A stretch of DNA of 64,000 nt from Octopus sinensis (Eukaryota), in the NCBI RefSeq assembly GCF_006345805.1, contig NC_043005.1, forward strand, positions 59,086,001 to 59,150,000, given 5' to 3'. The position numbers were made by a program, and so were the translations under genes. The notes under the pieces were generated by a model. It saw only the letters and a program-made list of their open reading frames with translations, did no database searches and had not been told where the DNA came from. Within the stretch, counting starts at the first letter, position 1. Each line of letters begins with the position of its first letter. Below, in pieces: positions 1 to 12,142 of this stretch.

Positions 1-14
1 GTAATAATAATGAT

Positions 15-480
15 GCCAATGGTGATCCGTTCATCGATCTGTCTTCTCCCCACTACTGTTTCTGGGAGAGTCATGGGGGTAGAGTCCTCAGGCACCTCTT
101 CTGTAGGGTTCCATCAGAACTGGCCGGCATTAGACTTTCTGGCTGGATTGCCAAGCATGACCAGTTGAGAATATGGATGTTATCCAACCATCTCATTCTT
201 CATCCACCCCAACTTGAAAATTCTTTCCTGTGATATTATTAGCCATGTCCAAAGTACTGGAGCTGTGACCTCTTAATGCAGGGAAGCTGTGGCTTGACCT
301 GGAGAGACTTCCTGATCTCCAAGTTATGCATATAGCATTACTCCTGAGATTCTCCGAGGGAACCCAATTTCAACCATTTCTATTTGCTATCATACTTCTT
401 TGGTCATTACCCACATTGAAAACCATAGGTCAGGATAGGTACAAAAACCAAATGGAAGAGAATGAGTTTGACTTCCCTTT
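15..480 (-). mobile_element. RTE-clade (Rex3/Expander-like) LINE, decayed 3' end of ORF
   Basis: Minus-strand translation with stops/frameshifts gives KLILFHLVFVPILTYG..WVMTKEV..GFPRRISGV..NLEIRKSLQVKP..IKRSQLQYFGH..RMRWLDNI, matching the post-RT C-terminus of Rex3/Expander RTE elements; abuts an (ATT)n-like tail at the window start. Confidence 0.75.
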
Positions 481-936
481 AACGGTAATAATTTCCTTTT
501 TCAATATTTTATTTCACTCAGTAGTAAAGGTAACACTCATGATACTTTAAAGGGCTTCCAAAGCTTATGGGTGAGAGGGAGGGGAGAAAGGTATATCTCA
601 ATGTTTGCAACAGAGAGGACACCAACATATGCAGAATTATATTCACCAACTTATCCAAAAGAGTTGCAGGAGACTCTACAACTTATATTCACCAACTTAT
701 CCAGAAGAATTGCAGGAGATTCTGAAGGCATCTGGAGTTTGTGGTCAAAGCCAATGGCAATTTCATTGAATAAATCTACTCTTTAGTATTTCAAGATATT
801 TTTATGTAATTTTTGGTAAATATATCTATTAAAATGAGATGTCAGTGTTATTTTCATTTTTGAATAATTTAGACGACAATTTATTTACTGCACCCTGTAT
901 ATACATGTATGTATATATATATAACTATAACATCTT

Positions 937-1146
937 AAGACGGCGAGCTGGCAGAAATGTTAGCGTGCCGGGCGAAATGCTTAGCGGTATTTCGACTGTT
1001 GTTACGTTCTGAGTTCAAATTCCACCGAGGTTGACTTATAAATAAAGTACCAGTTTCACACTGGGGTCGATGTAATCGACTTAATCCCTTTGTCTGTCCT
1101 TGTTTGTTCCTTCTATGTTTAGCTCCTTGTGGGCAGTAAAGAAATA
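937..1146 (+). mobile_element. SINE family A (tRNA-like head, Nin/Deu-like central domain) with ~20-bp TSD
   Basis: A-box-like TGGCAGAAATG, B-box GAGTTCAAATTCC, internal deletion in the GAGGTCGACTTTGCCTTTCATCC domain, tail ..GGGCAGTAAAGAAATA; flanked by ATATATAACTATAACATCTT / ATATATAACTATAGCATCTT. Confidence 0.85.
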
Positions 1147-1189
1147 TATATAACTATAGCATCTTCATATAATTTTTCTTGTGTGGAAA

Positions 1190-1530
1190 ATAGTATCAGC
1201 TGGTTGCAACTCCTTGCTGAACAGTCTTTATTACAGAGATTTCATTCTCCCAAATCGATGGTCTTCATTACTTCTGGTGAGCACATTCTACCCTTGACTA
1301 TATATTGTATGGTTTGAATTCCTCCACCCTTTGATAGGTTTTGTTTTTCATCCCACTGGGTGTCCAAAAATCACCCACCTTACCGAGCAAAGTTAAGTTT
1401 GCTTTCAGAAATCTGGAATAATGACTGGATTTCTCATAACTATTGACAGTGCATTGTACATTTTAACAGGAAACAGATCGTTTTCCTCATCTTCCTCTTG
1501 TGTCTCCTATTACCCAGAACTATCCTGAAG
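1190..1530 (-). pseudogene. Possible highly decayed Penelope-like GIY-YIG fragment
   Basis: Scattered minus-strand peptides (RNPVII..KQT*LCS, KPYNI*SR, NLCNK..LFSK) loosely follow the PLE endonuclease C-terminus; needs frameshifts to align. Confidence 0.3.
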
Positions 1531-1795
1531 TATTGCATTAGATTTCTCCATTGTGTTAATAGTGATTGACAGGCTGTATTTAAAGGGATTCTTATTAGAA
1601 AAGCTGTATGAAATGCTTTGCCTCACAGGTTTCAAAACTGCAGTTGATTAATTATATGGGAGAGATATGTTAGAGTGTCAGAAATGATGCATTGTGCTGT
1701 TTATTCTGACTCTTTCTGGGTTCAAATCTTGTTAAGGTCAACTTTGCTTTTTTTCATCATTTTGAGATTAATAAAAAAAATATTACCAATCACAG

Positions 1796-1841
<46 letters not shown>

Positions 1842-1867
1842 ATTTATGTATATACATATACACATTT

Positions 1868-2258
1868 ATATATTCTTTTCTTTTATTCCTTTACTTGTTT
1901 CAGTCATTTGACTGTGGCCATGCTAGAGCACCACCTTTAGTCGAACAAATCGCCCCCAGGACTTATTCTTTATATGCCTAGTATTTATTCTAACAGTCTC
2001 TTTTGCCAAACTGCTAAGTTACAGGGATGTAAACACACCAACATCGGTTGTAAAGCGATGGTGTGGGGGACAAACAAAGACACACACACAAATGCACACA
2101 CACACACATGCACACACATATACGATGGGCTTCTTTCAGCTTCCCTCTACCAAATCCACTCATAAATCTTTGGTCGGCCCGAGGCTACGCAATGGGACTG
2201 AACCTGGAACCATGTGGTTCGTAAGCAAGCTACTTACCACACAACCACGTTGCACCTA
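1868..2258 (-). mobile_element. SINE family B (tRNA-like head, CORE-like domain, internal (CA)n/(TA)n)
   Basis: Reverse complement of the full copy at 32159-32576, with an internal deletion in the CORE-like block. Confidence 0.85.
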
Positions 2259-3102
2259 TATATATATATATATATATATAGATATATCATCATAATCATC
2301 ATTTTTTTAACATCCGCTTTTCCATACATGCATGCATCAGATAAAATTTCTTGAGGCAGATTTTCTGCCTTCCTGTCACTAACCCTCACCTGTTACAAAG
2401 CAAGGTAATATTTATCCCTGGCTTGGTAAGCCTTCATGGCCAATTAGAATCAAGTGATATTGCTTATGATGATGATGATGGTGATTATTGACAGTGATCA
2501 CCCAATGTGAAATCTCTCAAGGCACAGTGAATTGAATGTAAGGGAAGTGATATAGAGGATTGGACAGGGTGACTGGGCAGAAAGTTCATGAGAATATGAA
2601 AGGAGAGAGGGCAGAGGTAATAAAGTGTGAGGTGAGCATGGCTGAAGAAATCATGCTTGAGATAACTCTCTAACCCATGCTGGTATACAAAAATGGATGT
2701 TAAGCATATACACAAACAAATAAACAAAATGACAATAAATAGTAGCAGCCCTTTATACCAACCAATTCCCATGTCTCTTAATCTTTCACTCTTGCCACAC
2801 TCATCCTTCTCTCATCCTCATTATCTTTTCCTTGCCATCCCTCGATTGAAGCAAAGCCTTTTAAATGACACTTCTATTGATTAAATTTTACATATCTCCA
2901 TCTAGTATCCACATTTACATTAAAGATCTTGAAATGACTTTAACTTTGACAATATTTGACAATATTCTCTTTGATCACTGAAGGCGAGCATGATTTTCTT
3001 ATGGCGAAAACAAGAAATCCAAAAAAACAAAAAAAAATCAAATAAACCAAACCAAAGGAAAAAAGAAATCAATGAATTTTCAATTGATAATCAAATCAAA
3101 CG

Positions 3103-3148
3103 GTATAATAATAATAATAATAATAATAATATAATAATAATAAATATC

Positions 3149-3182
<34 letters not shown>

Positions 3183-3199
3183 TCATAATAATAATTATG

Positions 3200-3245
<46 letters not shown>

Positions 3246-3262
3246 ATGATAAGAATAATAAT
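3103..3262. repeat. (AAT)n microsatellite
   Basis: ~160 bp of near-pure AAT repeats; source of the poly-N/I/Y ORFs. Confidence 0.95.
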
Positions 3263-3686
3263 CAGTAAATGCAATACGGTGAATTGGAATCAAAGACATT
3301 ATTAATATTCAGCTTTAATCCTTTTACGCATAGATTGAAAGCAATTCCACGGAATAATTAGAAGTTCTGCCTAATAACTCAACTTACGTAATTTCATTCA
3401 ACAGCTGATGAAATAGATTCCTATATGGTTCCTCAATCTGGCTCTGCAAGAAATAGCAACCTAATGACTCTCAAAAGATAGTCTGCCATCTCAAAAGGAA
3501 AGATATATTTGATAATATATATGTATATATTTTTCATTTTTATGTCTGTGTGGGTATGAAGTTTGCTCCTAACAACGTGGATTTGGGTTCTAATTTACTT
3601 TGTGACACCTTCAGAAAGTGTCTTTGACTGTAGCCTCAGGCTGGCCAATGTCTTGTGAGTGAAGTTAGTTGGTAGAAACTGAATGT

Positions 3687-4348
3687 AAGGCAGCGAGCTG
3701 GCAGAAACGTTAGCACGCCGGGTGAAATGCTTAGCCGTATTTCGTCTGCCGCTACTTTCTGAGTTCAAATTCCACCGGGGTTGCCTTTGCCTTTCATCCT
3801 TTCAGGGTTGATTGAATAAGTACCAGTTATGCACTGGAGTCGATATAATTGACTTAACCCCTTTGTCTGTCCTTCTTTGTCCCCTCTATGTTTAGTCCCT
3901 TGTGGGCAATAAAGAAATAGGAAACTATATGTAAGGCGGTGAGCTGGCAGAAACATTAGCACGCAAGGCGAAATGCTTAGCGGTATTTCATCTGCCGTTA
4001 CGTTCTGAGTTAAAATTCCGCTGGGGTCGACTTTGTCTTTCATCCCTCCGGGGTCGATGAATTAAGTACCAGTTACACACTGGAGTCGATGTAATTGACT
4101 TAATAGCTATGTCTGTCCTTGTTTGTCCCCTCTATGTTTAACACCCTGTGGGTAATAAAGAGATAGGTATTTCATCTGCCGCTACATTCTGAGTTCAAAC
4201 TCTGCCGAAGTCGACTTTACCCTTCATGCTTTCGGGGTCGATTAAATAGTACCAATTATGCACTGGAGTCGATATAATTGACTTAATTCATTTGTCTGTC
4301 CATGTTTGTCCCCTCTGTGTGTAGCCCCTTCTGGGCAGTAAAGAAATA
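3687..4348 (+). mobile_element. Head-to-tail trimer of SINE family A nested in an older CORE-like SINE
   Basis: Copies at 3687-3919, 3933-4165 and 4166-4348 (5'-truncated); GAAACTG/TNATG motif recurs at ~3674, 3921 and 4350. Confidence 0.85.
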
Positions 4349-4384
4349 GGAAACTGCATGGAAGCCTGTCATTTACATGTATCT

Positions 4385-4612
4385 TTTATCTTTTACTTTT
4401 TATAATTTACTTGTTTCAGTCATTAGACTGTGGCCATGCTGGGGCAGTGCCTGAAGAATTTTAGTTGAAAGAATCAACTCCAGTACTTACTTTTTAAATT
4501 CTGGTACTTAATCTATTGGTTTCTTTTACGGAAATACCAAGTTAAAAGGATGTTAATACACCAACATCAGTTGTCAAGTGTTGACAGAAGACAAATAGAC
4601 ACAAAGACACAC
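4385..4612 (-). mobile_element. SINE family B, 3' half
   Basis: TTTACTTGTTTCAGTCATTAGACTGTGGCCATGCTGG tail block and downstream body. Confidence 0.7.
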
Positions 4613-4649
4613 ACGTCTGTATATATATATATATATATATACATACATA

Positions 4650-4855
4650 CAGACGCCATGATAGATCGTTAGCCACTACACACATTTTTTTCTTTCCTTT
4701 TTTTTCTCTCTTTGTTTCTCTCCTTGTTTTCTGTGTCCCTTTCTGTAGAAGAGCTTAGGCTCGAAATGTTAAAGACTTTTTTCTATTCCTGAGTGTTATA
4801 CTAATACATCTGTTTGTTTTGTACACCACCTCTCTTCATCTTTTGTAGTTTTTAT
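4650..4855 (+). mobile_element. Penelope-like pseudo-LTR remnant (family P2) with variant hammerhead motif
   Basis: Homologous to 33285-33480 and 37795-37975; contains CTTT-CTGTAGA-A-GAGC-TTAG-GCTC-GAAA-TGTT-AAAG at 4739-4774. Confidence 0.6.
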
Positions 4856-4863
4856 ACATACAC

Positions 4864-4902
<39 letters not shown>

Positions 4903-5121
4903 CATAGATATATACGTACATGTATTTATATGAATGTATGTATATATGCATGTATGTATATATGCATGTATGTATGTATCCTAATTATGGTTATGGTTCT
5001 AAAAGCAAACAAATGAATATCTATAATCTGATGACATATAGCTACATTTATTTGACATCCATTGCACAGACAGCAATATCTATATTGCTAGCAATACATT
5101 CCTATCAATGATATATATGTG

Positions 5122-5152
<31 letters not shown>

Positions 5153-5179
5153 TTGTGTACAAAAGTCAGTGTACAATAT

Positions 5180-5543
5180 GCTGGTGTCATGTAACTAGCC
5201 CCCATGCTGGTGACATGTAAAATACGCCTTTCATGAATTGGGCCCTCATGGTCATAACGACAAATGGCTGAGACCTCTGGTAATATGCCATGCTTGGAGG
5301 CCCATCAAGCCAAGTGAAACTGTAGTTGTGGCAAATACTGGTGTCACACAACTGGCATCTGTGCCAGGGGCACATAAAAGCACCTGTTACATGCTTAGAG
5401 TGGTTAGCATTAGAAAGGGCATCCAGCCATAGAAATCCATGCCAAATTAGACTGGAACCTGGTGCAGCTCACCGGCTGGGCAGCTCTGATCAACCTGTCC
5501 AACCCATGCCAGCATGGACTATAGAGATTAAATGATGATGATA

Positions 5544-5575
<32 letters not shown>
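5180..5575 (+). mobile_element. RTE-clade LINE 3' end with (GAT)n tail (family C)
   Basis: Decayed ORF terminus (LGL..RPLV..HQAK*-like), TTAGAAAGGGCATCCAGC block, CCAACCCATGCCAGCATGG and (ATG)n tail. Confidence 0.75.
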
Positions 5576-5576
<1 letters not shown>

Positions 5577-5679
5577 TGTATGTATGTCTTTATATATATA
5601 TATATAATTTAGAATTACACAAAAAACAAAAGCAAAACACAGGAACAGGTCAGGGAGCAACAACTCAGGTATGTTAGTT

Positions 5680-5905
5680 TGAGGCTTGACTGCTCTCAAA
5701 AATTAAGTATATAAACAGGAAAAGTAATCCAGAATCCTTGTCCGGTACTGGATTGATCTCAAAATCTAATCAGCTTGTGCCACTCTCGAGGTCAAACATC
5801 CTTGAAAGTTTCATCTGAATCCATCTTGAGATATCTTTGTCCATGGACAAACAAACAAACACAACTGAAAACAATACCTCCACTTTTGCGAAGGCGGAAG
5901 TAATA
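5680..5905 (+). mobile_element. Helentron/DINE-1-like non-autonomous element, 3' part
   Basis: Homologous to 62965-63145; ends in CCTCCACTTTTGCGAAGGCGGAAG-TAATAAT palindrome. Confidence 0.5.
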
Positions 5906-6199
5906 ATACCACTTTGCATCCTATTATTAAAGTAATGCCGAGCCTTTATGTCAACCATTTCTTCATAGGCAATGAGCGAACTTTCAGAGAGAAGTGCTAG
6001 ATAGATTCCTGCCAAACGATAATGGCTAGTTATAATTTTCTAGATTGTTTTCCTTTCTTTATTGTTTACTCTCATTTAATATTATTTGAATTGTAGAATC
6101 ACAATCAACTTAGATGGACTGGACTAGTTTTGAAATTACAGTTCATGAGTTAATTATGAAAGAATTTATGATTTATTTTTTTCATTTTTCTCTCAATTT

Positions 6200-6258
6200 A
6201 TATATATATATATATGTGTGTGTGTGGTGTGTGTGTGTGGTGTGTGTGTGTGTGTGTG

Positions 6259-6321
<63 letters not shown>
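6200..6321. repeat. (TA)n/(TG)n compound microsatellite
   Basis: Direct inspection. Confidence 0.95.
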
Positions 6322-6510
6322 AAAGAAAGAAGCATTTCTACCCATCTTACATAGCACTTTCCTTGGATAATGGAACTGCAACTGTAACATCCAACATATA
6401 TTTATATTTTTATGCTCTTGTTTCCTTTTATAATTCCTATATCTCTCGCTTTCCAAAATAACTTCTTATACAGAACTCTACTATTTTCGTCTATTTAACT
6501 CTCTCATATC

Positions 6511-6558
6511 GTCTCTGATGGAGGAATATCTCTCATATTCCTGAAACACCTGTAAAAC
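6511..6558 (+). ncRNA. Minimal type I hammerhead ribozyme motif (PLE-type), slightly decayed
   Basis: GUCU-CUGAUG(G)-AGGAAUAU-CUCUC-AUAUUCCU-GAAAC-ACCU-GUA-AAAC: perfect 8-bp stem II, GAAAC..GUA stem III and cleavage triplet, stem I GUCU/A(A)AC; A9 appears as G. Confidence 0.7.
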
Positions 6559-6664
6559 TAGCTTTCTCTTAATAAATGTCCTAGAAATTTCACACTGTCT
6601 TGGCTTTGTTGTCTAATTTTATTTAACACAGACAGAGACAGACAGACACACACACACACACACA

Positions 6665-6712
<48 letters not shown>

Positions 6713-6935
6713 AGATTCAATGTATCTCATATTAAAAAAAACACCATCGTTTAATGAAACTTTCTCTGCCCCTATTTCCATATCTTTCACTCTATCTCAC
6801 CCAAAATGTATTTTGAACATATTTAATGCTTCTGTTTTATTTGAACTTGGTTAAAGTACTGTAGCTGTACATCAATGATATGTGTGTATGTTTATAGATA
6901 GATAGACAGAGAGAATTTACGTACGTATATTTATT

Positions 6936-7151
6936 TAAGAAGTGCTAAAAAGTTCCTAGCTTTAAAAATTTTGTGAAAGGCCTAGCTGGAGGCCCAACCT
7001 TCCGAGTTCTTTTACAGGGCTTAGAAAACCTGAAGGACCTCTGCAATAGGTGTGTGAATCTGCAAGGGGAATATGTTGAATAAAACCATAATTAACTGCT
7101 TCTTCTGTATTTTCTTTCACCCAAAGCCAGGAACTTTTCAATACACCCTCA
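6936..7151 (+). mobile_element. Internally deleted irritans-type mariner (MITE-like)
   Basis: TIR-like ends AAGTGCTAAAAAGTTCCTAGC / GCCAGGAACTTTTCAATACACCCTCA-TA; encodes the transposase C-terminus QGLENLKDLCNRCVNLQGEYVE*. Confidence 0.7.
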
Positions 7152-7190
7152 TATATATGTGCACATACATACAAACATCTATAAACACAT

Positions 7191-7229
<39 letters not shown>

Positions 7230-7324
7230 CACACATATATATCATTGATAGGAATGTATTGCTAGCAATATAGATATTGCTGTCTGTGCAATGGATGTCA
7301 AATAAATGTAGCTATATGTCATCA

Positions 7325-7931
7325 GATTATAGATATTCATTTGTTTGCTTTTAGAACCATAACCACAATTAGGATACATACATGCATGCATATATACATA
7401 CATTCATATAAATGCATGTACGTATATATCTATGTATATGTGTGTGGTGTGTGTGGTGTGTGTGTGTGCGTGTGCGTGTGTGTATGTATATACATATGTA
7501 TAAATTTATATGTATATCTCTATATATAAATATATATATATATTTACATACATCTATAATATACATGTATATATGTATATATATGTGTGTATGTATGTGT
7601 ATGTATATGTATATATATATAAAATATACACACATGTACATATATACAGAGACACTGACACACATGCACACAGACACACGGACAGATTATAAATATTCAT
7701 TTGTTTGCTTTTAGAACCACAACCACAATTAGGATACATACATACATGTATATATACATACATTCATATAAATACATGTACGTATATATATCTATGTATA
7801 TATGTGTGTGTGTGCACGTGTGTGTCTATGTATATATGTATGTATAAATTTATATGTATATATATATACATACATCTATAATATACATGTATATATGTAT
7901 ATATATATGTGTGTATGTATGTATGTGTATG

Positions 7932-7998
<67 letters not shown>

Positions 7999-8070
7999 AT
8001 ACATAAAATATATACACATATACATATAGAGACACTGACACACATGCACACAGACACACGGACATATACA
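7325..8070. repeat. ~360-bp tandem duplication of a microsatellite-rich unit
   Basis: CAGATTATA(G/A)ATATTCATTTGTTTGCTTTTAGAACCA and GAGACACTGACACACATGCACACAGACACACGGAC each occur twice, ~360-390 bp apart. Confidence 0.85.
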
Positions 8071-8505
8071 CACACATTCATATTATACTACCATTTACCT
8101 ATGTAGTCAGTATTATAAGTTTATATTACATTACTGAGTTTGTTGTACTTATTGTGGAACGTTGGTAAGCACTAGAAAGTAATTTATTCTTTTCAGTGAT
8201 GCCAAATCCAATACAGGACTAAAATCATGTGCAGAAAATGAGAGTACTAATGGAGTGTGTGATTAAATTTGTATGAATATGTCCCCGCACTATCACCACT
8301 ACTGCCACCACCACCATCACCACCACTACCACCACCGCTACCGCTGCCGCCACTGCTAACAACATAATCATTTTTTTTTATGTCCACTTTCCATTCTGTC
8401 ATGGGTTGGATGTGTTGTGATAGTCTGAGTCATCTATTACTAATGTATTACTTAGCTTTATTTCTACAGCTGCATGCCCTTTCTATTTTCAACACTGAGA
8501 GGTGT

Positions 8506-8554
<49 letters not shown>

Positions 8555-8911
8555 CAAAAATAAACAAGGTTTTGGTCAGTTGGCATCTGAACTACACTAC
8601 CTCATGTTCCTAAGATTCATATCTACATCTTTATCTGTATAAGATGTTATTATTTGATTTGAGAACTTTATATTATTGGAAAACCTATATAAAATTAGCT
8701 GAAGATTACTCGCTATCTTAAATCTGCTGTAATATTTACAGCTTTTAATAAAATGTTGTAGTATGAAACAATTGTACTAAATTACCGGATTCATTCTTGT
8801 TGCTTGTTTTTCATTATAATCACCCCGCATATTTTTATGGGTAAAACCATAAAAAATTCTGGTGCATCTAAATTAAGTGCCATATTCATTTGAATCTAAA
8901 TTGTTGCTGGA

Positions 8912-9000
<89 letters not shown>

Positions 9001-9063
9001 CATCATCATCATCATCATCATCATCGTTTAACGGACGCTAAACGATGATGATGATGATGATGA
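9001..9063. repeat. Palindromic junction of two RTE (GAT)n tails within (TA)n
   Basis: (CAT)n-CGTTTA-ACGGACGC-TAAACG-(ATG)n. Confidence 0.8.
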
Positions 9064-9069
9064 TATATA

Positions 9070-9108
<39 letters not shown>

Positions 9109-10430
9109 CAATTATAGTTATGGTATATTCTGTTAAGAACCTAGTAGAGTAGATTTTCCCCTGTAGTACTATAATGCTTAGTTCCAGGTTTGCATTTCGG
9201 CTTCTGAAATTTGTGAAGAAATAATTGAAATATATATATATATACACATATATATATGTGTGTGTGTGTGTGTATACGTATGTGTCCAAGTGTTAGTATG
9301 TATATGGATGTATATGTGAAGGACCATGCATGTGTACATAAGGGCTGATTCTTAAAGGTCAGCTAAAGACAATTGCATATGTAACCAACCATGAAGAACT
9401 AATCAACAGTACAAAGAAATCAAATGCCAATCCCTTTAAAATAACAAGCATTTTAACTGTAGCAGAATCACCATTCCATTACATCTACACATTCAAATTA
9501 GTCTGCCAATGGCCCTTCAGCAACAACACATTTTGATAAATTTAGAGGCTACTACTAACTTCAGGTCATGACAGAGAGGATGCTCTTGAAGCCAAGAATT
9601 TGAACTTACGGAAACAATATTTACATATTGCCCGAGGAAAAATAACTAGATCTCATGATGCAGGGAAACGGTTGCTTAATCAAGTACCAGCACACCTGGT
9701 GAACTATGTTGCATAGAAACAATTATAGTGATTGAAAATATATGTCCAACTGTACTCCTTGTTGACTGAAAACTTTTTCACTTATATATGTTTGTGTGTG
9801 TGTGAGTGTGTGTGTGTGTTTAGAAGGTTGTTTGTTATGATGGGTCAGAGAGTGACCCTTGGCTTTGCACCTATAAAACACTTAGCTGAGCATATGTGTA
9901 TATATATACATGTGTGTCGAGATATACATGTCTACATCTTTATTGGTGTGCATTTGCGCTTTTTATAGGTGTATGTATATATTAATGGGAATTTGTGTAT
10001 ACCTGAATGCAAACATGTGTTTATATGTTTACGTGTGTGTGTATGTGTATGTATGTGCATTTATGTATTTACTTATGTGGATACACGTATATTTACGTAT
10101 ACGTGCATATATTTATGTATATTTATGTACACATGTATACGTATACATGTGTGTACATAATCTGAACTCACGACTGTTAAAAAGATAAAGGATTAAGCTG
10201 GGTCTTCATCAACTTGGCAAAGGGGTCTGATGTTGAAAAACTCAATGTGTGTATATTTATGTACACACATGTGTACCTGCATACGAGTTCCTATACACAC
10301 ACAGATATATATGTATGTGTTCGTCCATATGTGTGTGTATGTGCATGTATCTAGTTGTATGTATATGCCCATATACTTGGATGTGCATGAGTAAGTGTGT
10401 ATGTATAAGTGCATATATATCTATATACAG

Positions 10431-10662
10431 AAGGCGGTGAGCTGGCAGAAACGTTAGAACGCCGGGCAAAATGCGTAGCCGTATTTCGTCTGCCGTTACG
10501 TTCTGAGTTCAAATTCCGCCGAGGTCGACTTTGCCTTTCATCCTTTTAGGGTCGATAAATAAAGTACCAGTTACGCACTGGGGTCGATTTAATCGACTTA
10601 ATCCCTTTGTCTGTCCTTGTTTGTCCTCTCTATGTTTAGCCCCTTGTGGGCAGTAAAGGAAT
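10431..10662 (+). mobile_element. SINE family A, near-consensus, with ~17-bp TSD
   Basis: Complete head, Nin/Deu-like domain and tail; flanked by ATATATATCTATATACA on both sides. Confidence 0.9.
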
Positions 10663-11097
10663 ATATATCTATATACATATACATATATCTGAGTATGTAT
10701 ATGTGCGTCTAAGCACGAATACAAAAAAAATTTTCATCTAAGTATTATCTTCCTTTCAGCTTCTACTTCCTTTTCTTTCTCTTAACAGTTACAACAGCGA
10801 AGGCTCATTAAATCATTTTCTCTAAACTGGAATGTATAATTTTCATGTTCATATTTGAATTTTTCACATTTCAATTTTTCTCTGTATTTTTCTCATTGCC
10901 AAAGTTGACGGACTTATAGCGATATGTAAAACTGAATCAGAAAATCTCTAGATAGACTTTATATTTTTTATATTTATTTATGTACCCAAAGAGACCCAGA
11001 ATGGGTTGAAATATGTCATACTAAATAAAACCTTTTACTCGTTCCATCCATCTATTTTATTAATAATACATATATTTATATATATATATAGATATAT

Positions 11098-11157
<60 letters not shown>

Positions 11158-11284
11158 GTATATATATATATATATATAGTGTGTGTGTGTGCATAAAGAT
11201 AGAGATATATATTGAGAGAGGGAGAAAGAGAGAGAGAGAGAGAAAGAGAGAAGAGAGAGAAAGAGAGAGAAATAGATAGAAATA

Positions 11285-11481
11285 TAGGCCTGAAATTTGG
11301 GGGAGGGGGACTAGTTGATTACATTGACTCCAGCATTCAACTTGTACTTATTCCATTGACCTGGAAATGATGAAGGGCAAAGTCGCCCTTAGCAGAATTT
11401 GAACTCAGAATGTAGTGGCAGATGAAATGCTACTAAGTATCTCATCCAGCATGCTACCAATTCTGCTAGCTTGCCGACTTA
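11285..11481 (-). mobile_element. SINE family A, alternative-tail subfamily (diverged)
   Basis: Reverse complement of head and central domain, with CCCCCTCCCCCAAATTTCAGGCC tail. Confidence 0.75.
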
Positions 11482-12142
11482 ATAACAACAACAACAACAA
11501 CAACAATAATAAAGTAATGATAATAATGGCAGCAACACCAACAACAGTTATAGAAATGAAAGCCCATGAAAAAGTGGTTCTTAAGGAACCTTTGTATGCA
11601 AACCAAAAGGGAAATTAATTGCAAACAAATCCTCTTCGAACCATACTTTAGTATCATAAAACATAACTGTCAATAATCTCTCTGAGAAATAAAGAAAACA
11701 AAAGGACAGAATGGTTATGGCTGGAATATGTAGGTCTGTACTATCGGCCACAACCATATGTGATGAATGGTTTTATTCAAAGAATAAAAGTGTTGACGCA
11801 CTTCAGTTTATATTTCTCATCAGATTCATACTGAAACTGGCTGATATCAGCTTAGAATATCTGGGTAGTGTTTTTACTAGCATAACCAGTAAAGGAAAAT
11901 ATATCTTTTACTGATGAGCTCATTACGAGATTGAAACATTCTTGGAGTTGTCTCCCATTTATATCACATTTTGTGAAAAATAATATCATTGTTTACAGTT
12001 TTTCGAAGGGCTAATCATTATGGTGAGATTGATGTAGGGATATTTGAGCAACTAGCACTGAACTAATATAATTTTTTGTTTCTTTTTTTCATTAAAAGGT
12101 ACAAAAATATCTTATACTTTTTGCTTATGTTTACATTTACAT

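Noticed and set aside
8181-8265. Acceptor TTTTCAG followed by DAKSNTGLKSCAENESTNGVCD*
   Set aside because: No recognisable protein or partner exon; such sites occur by chance in AT-rich DNA
9440-9640. Possible Penelope endonuclease tail
   Set aside because: Similarity needs too many frameshifts to be credible
11908-11945. CTGATGAGCTCATTACGAGATTGAAAC hammerhead-like string
   Set aside because: Stem II register is broken and no stem I or III pairing was found
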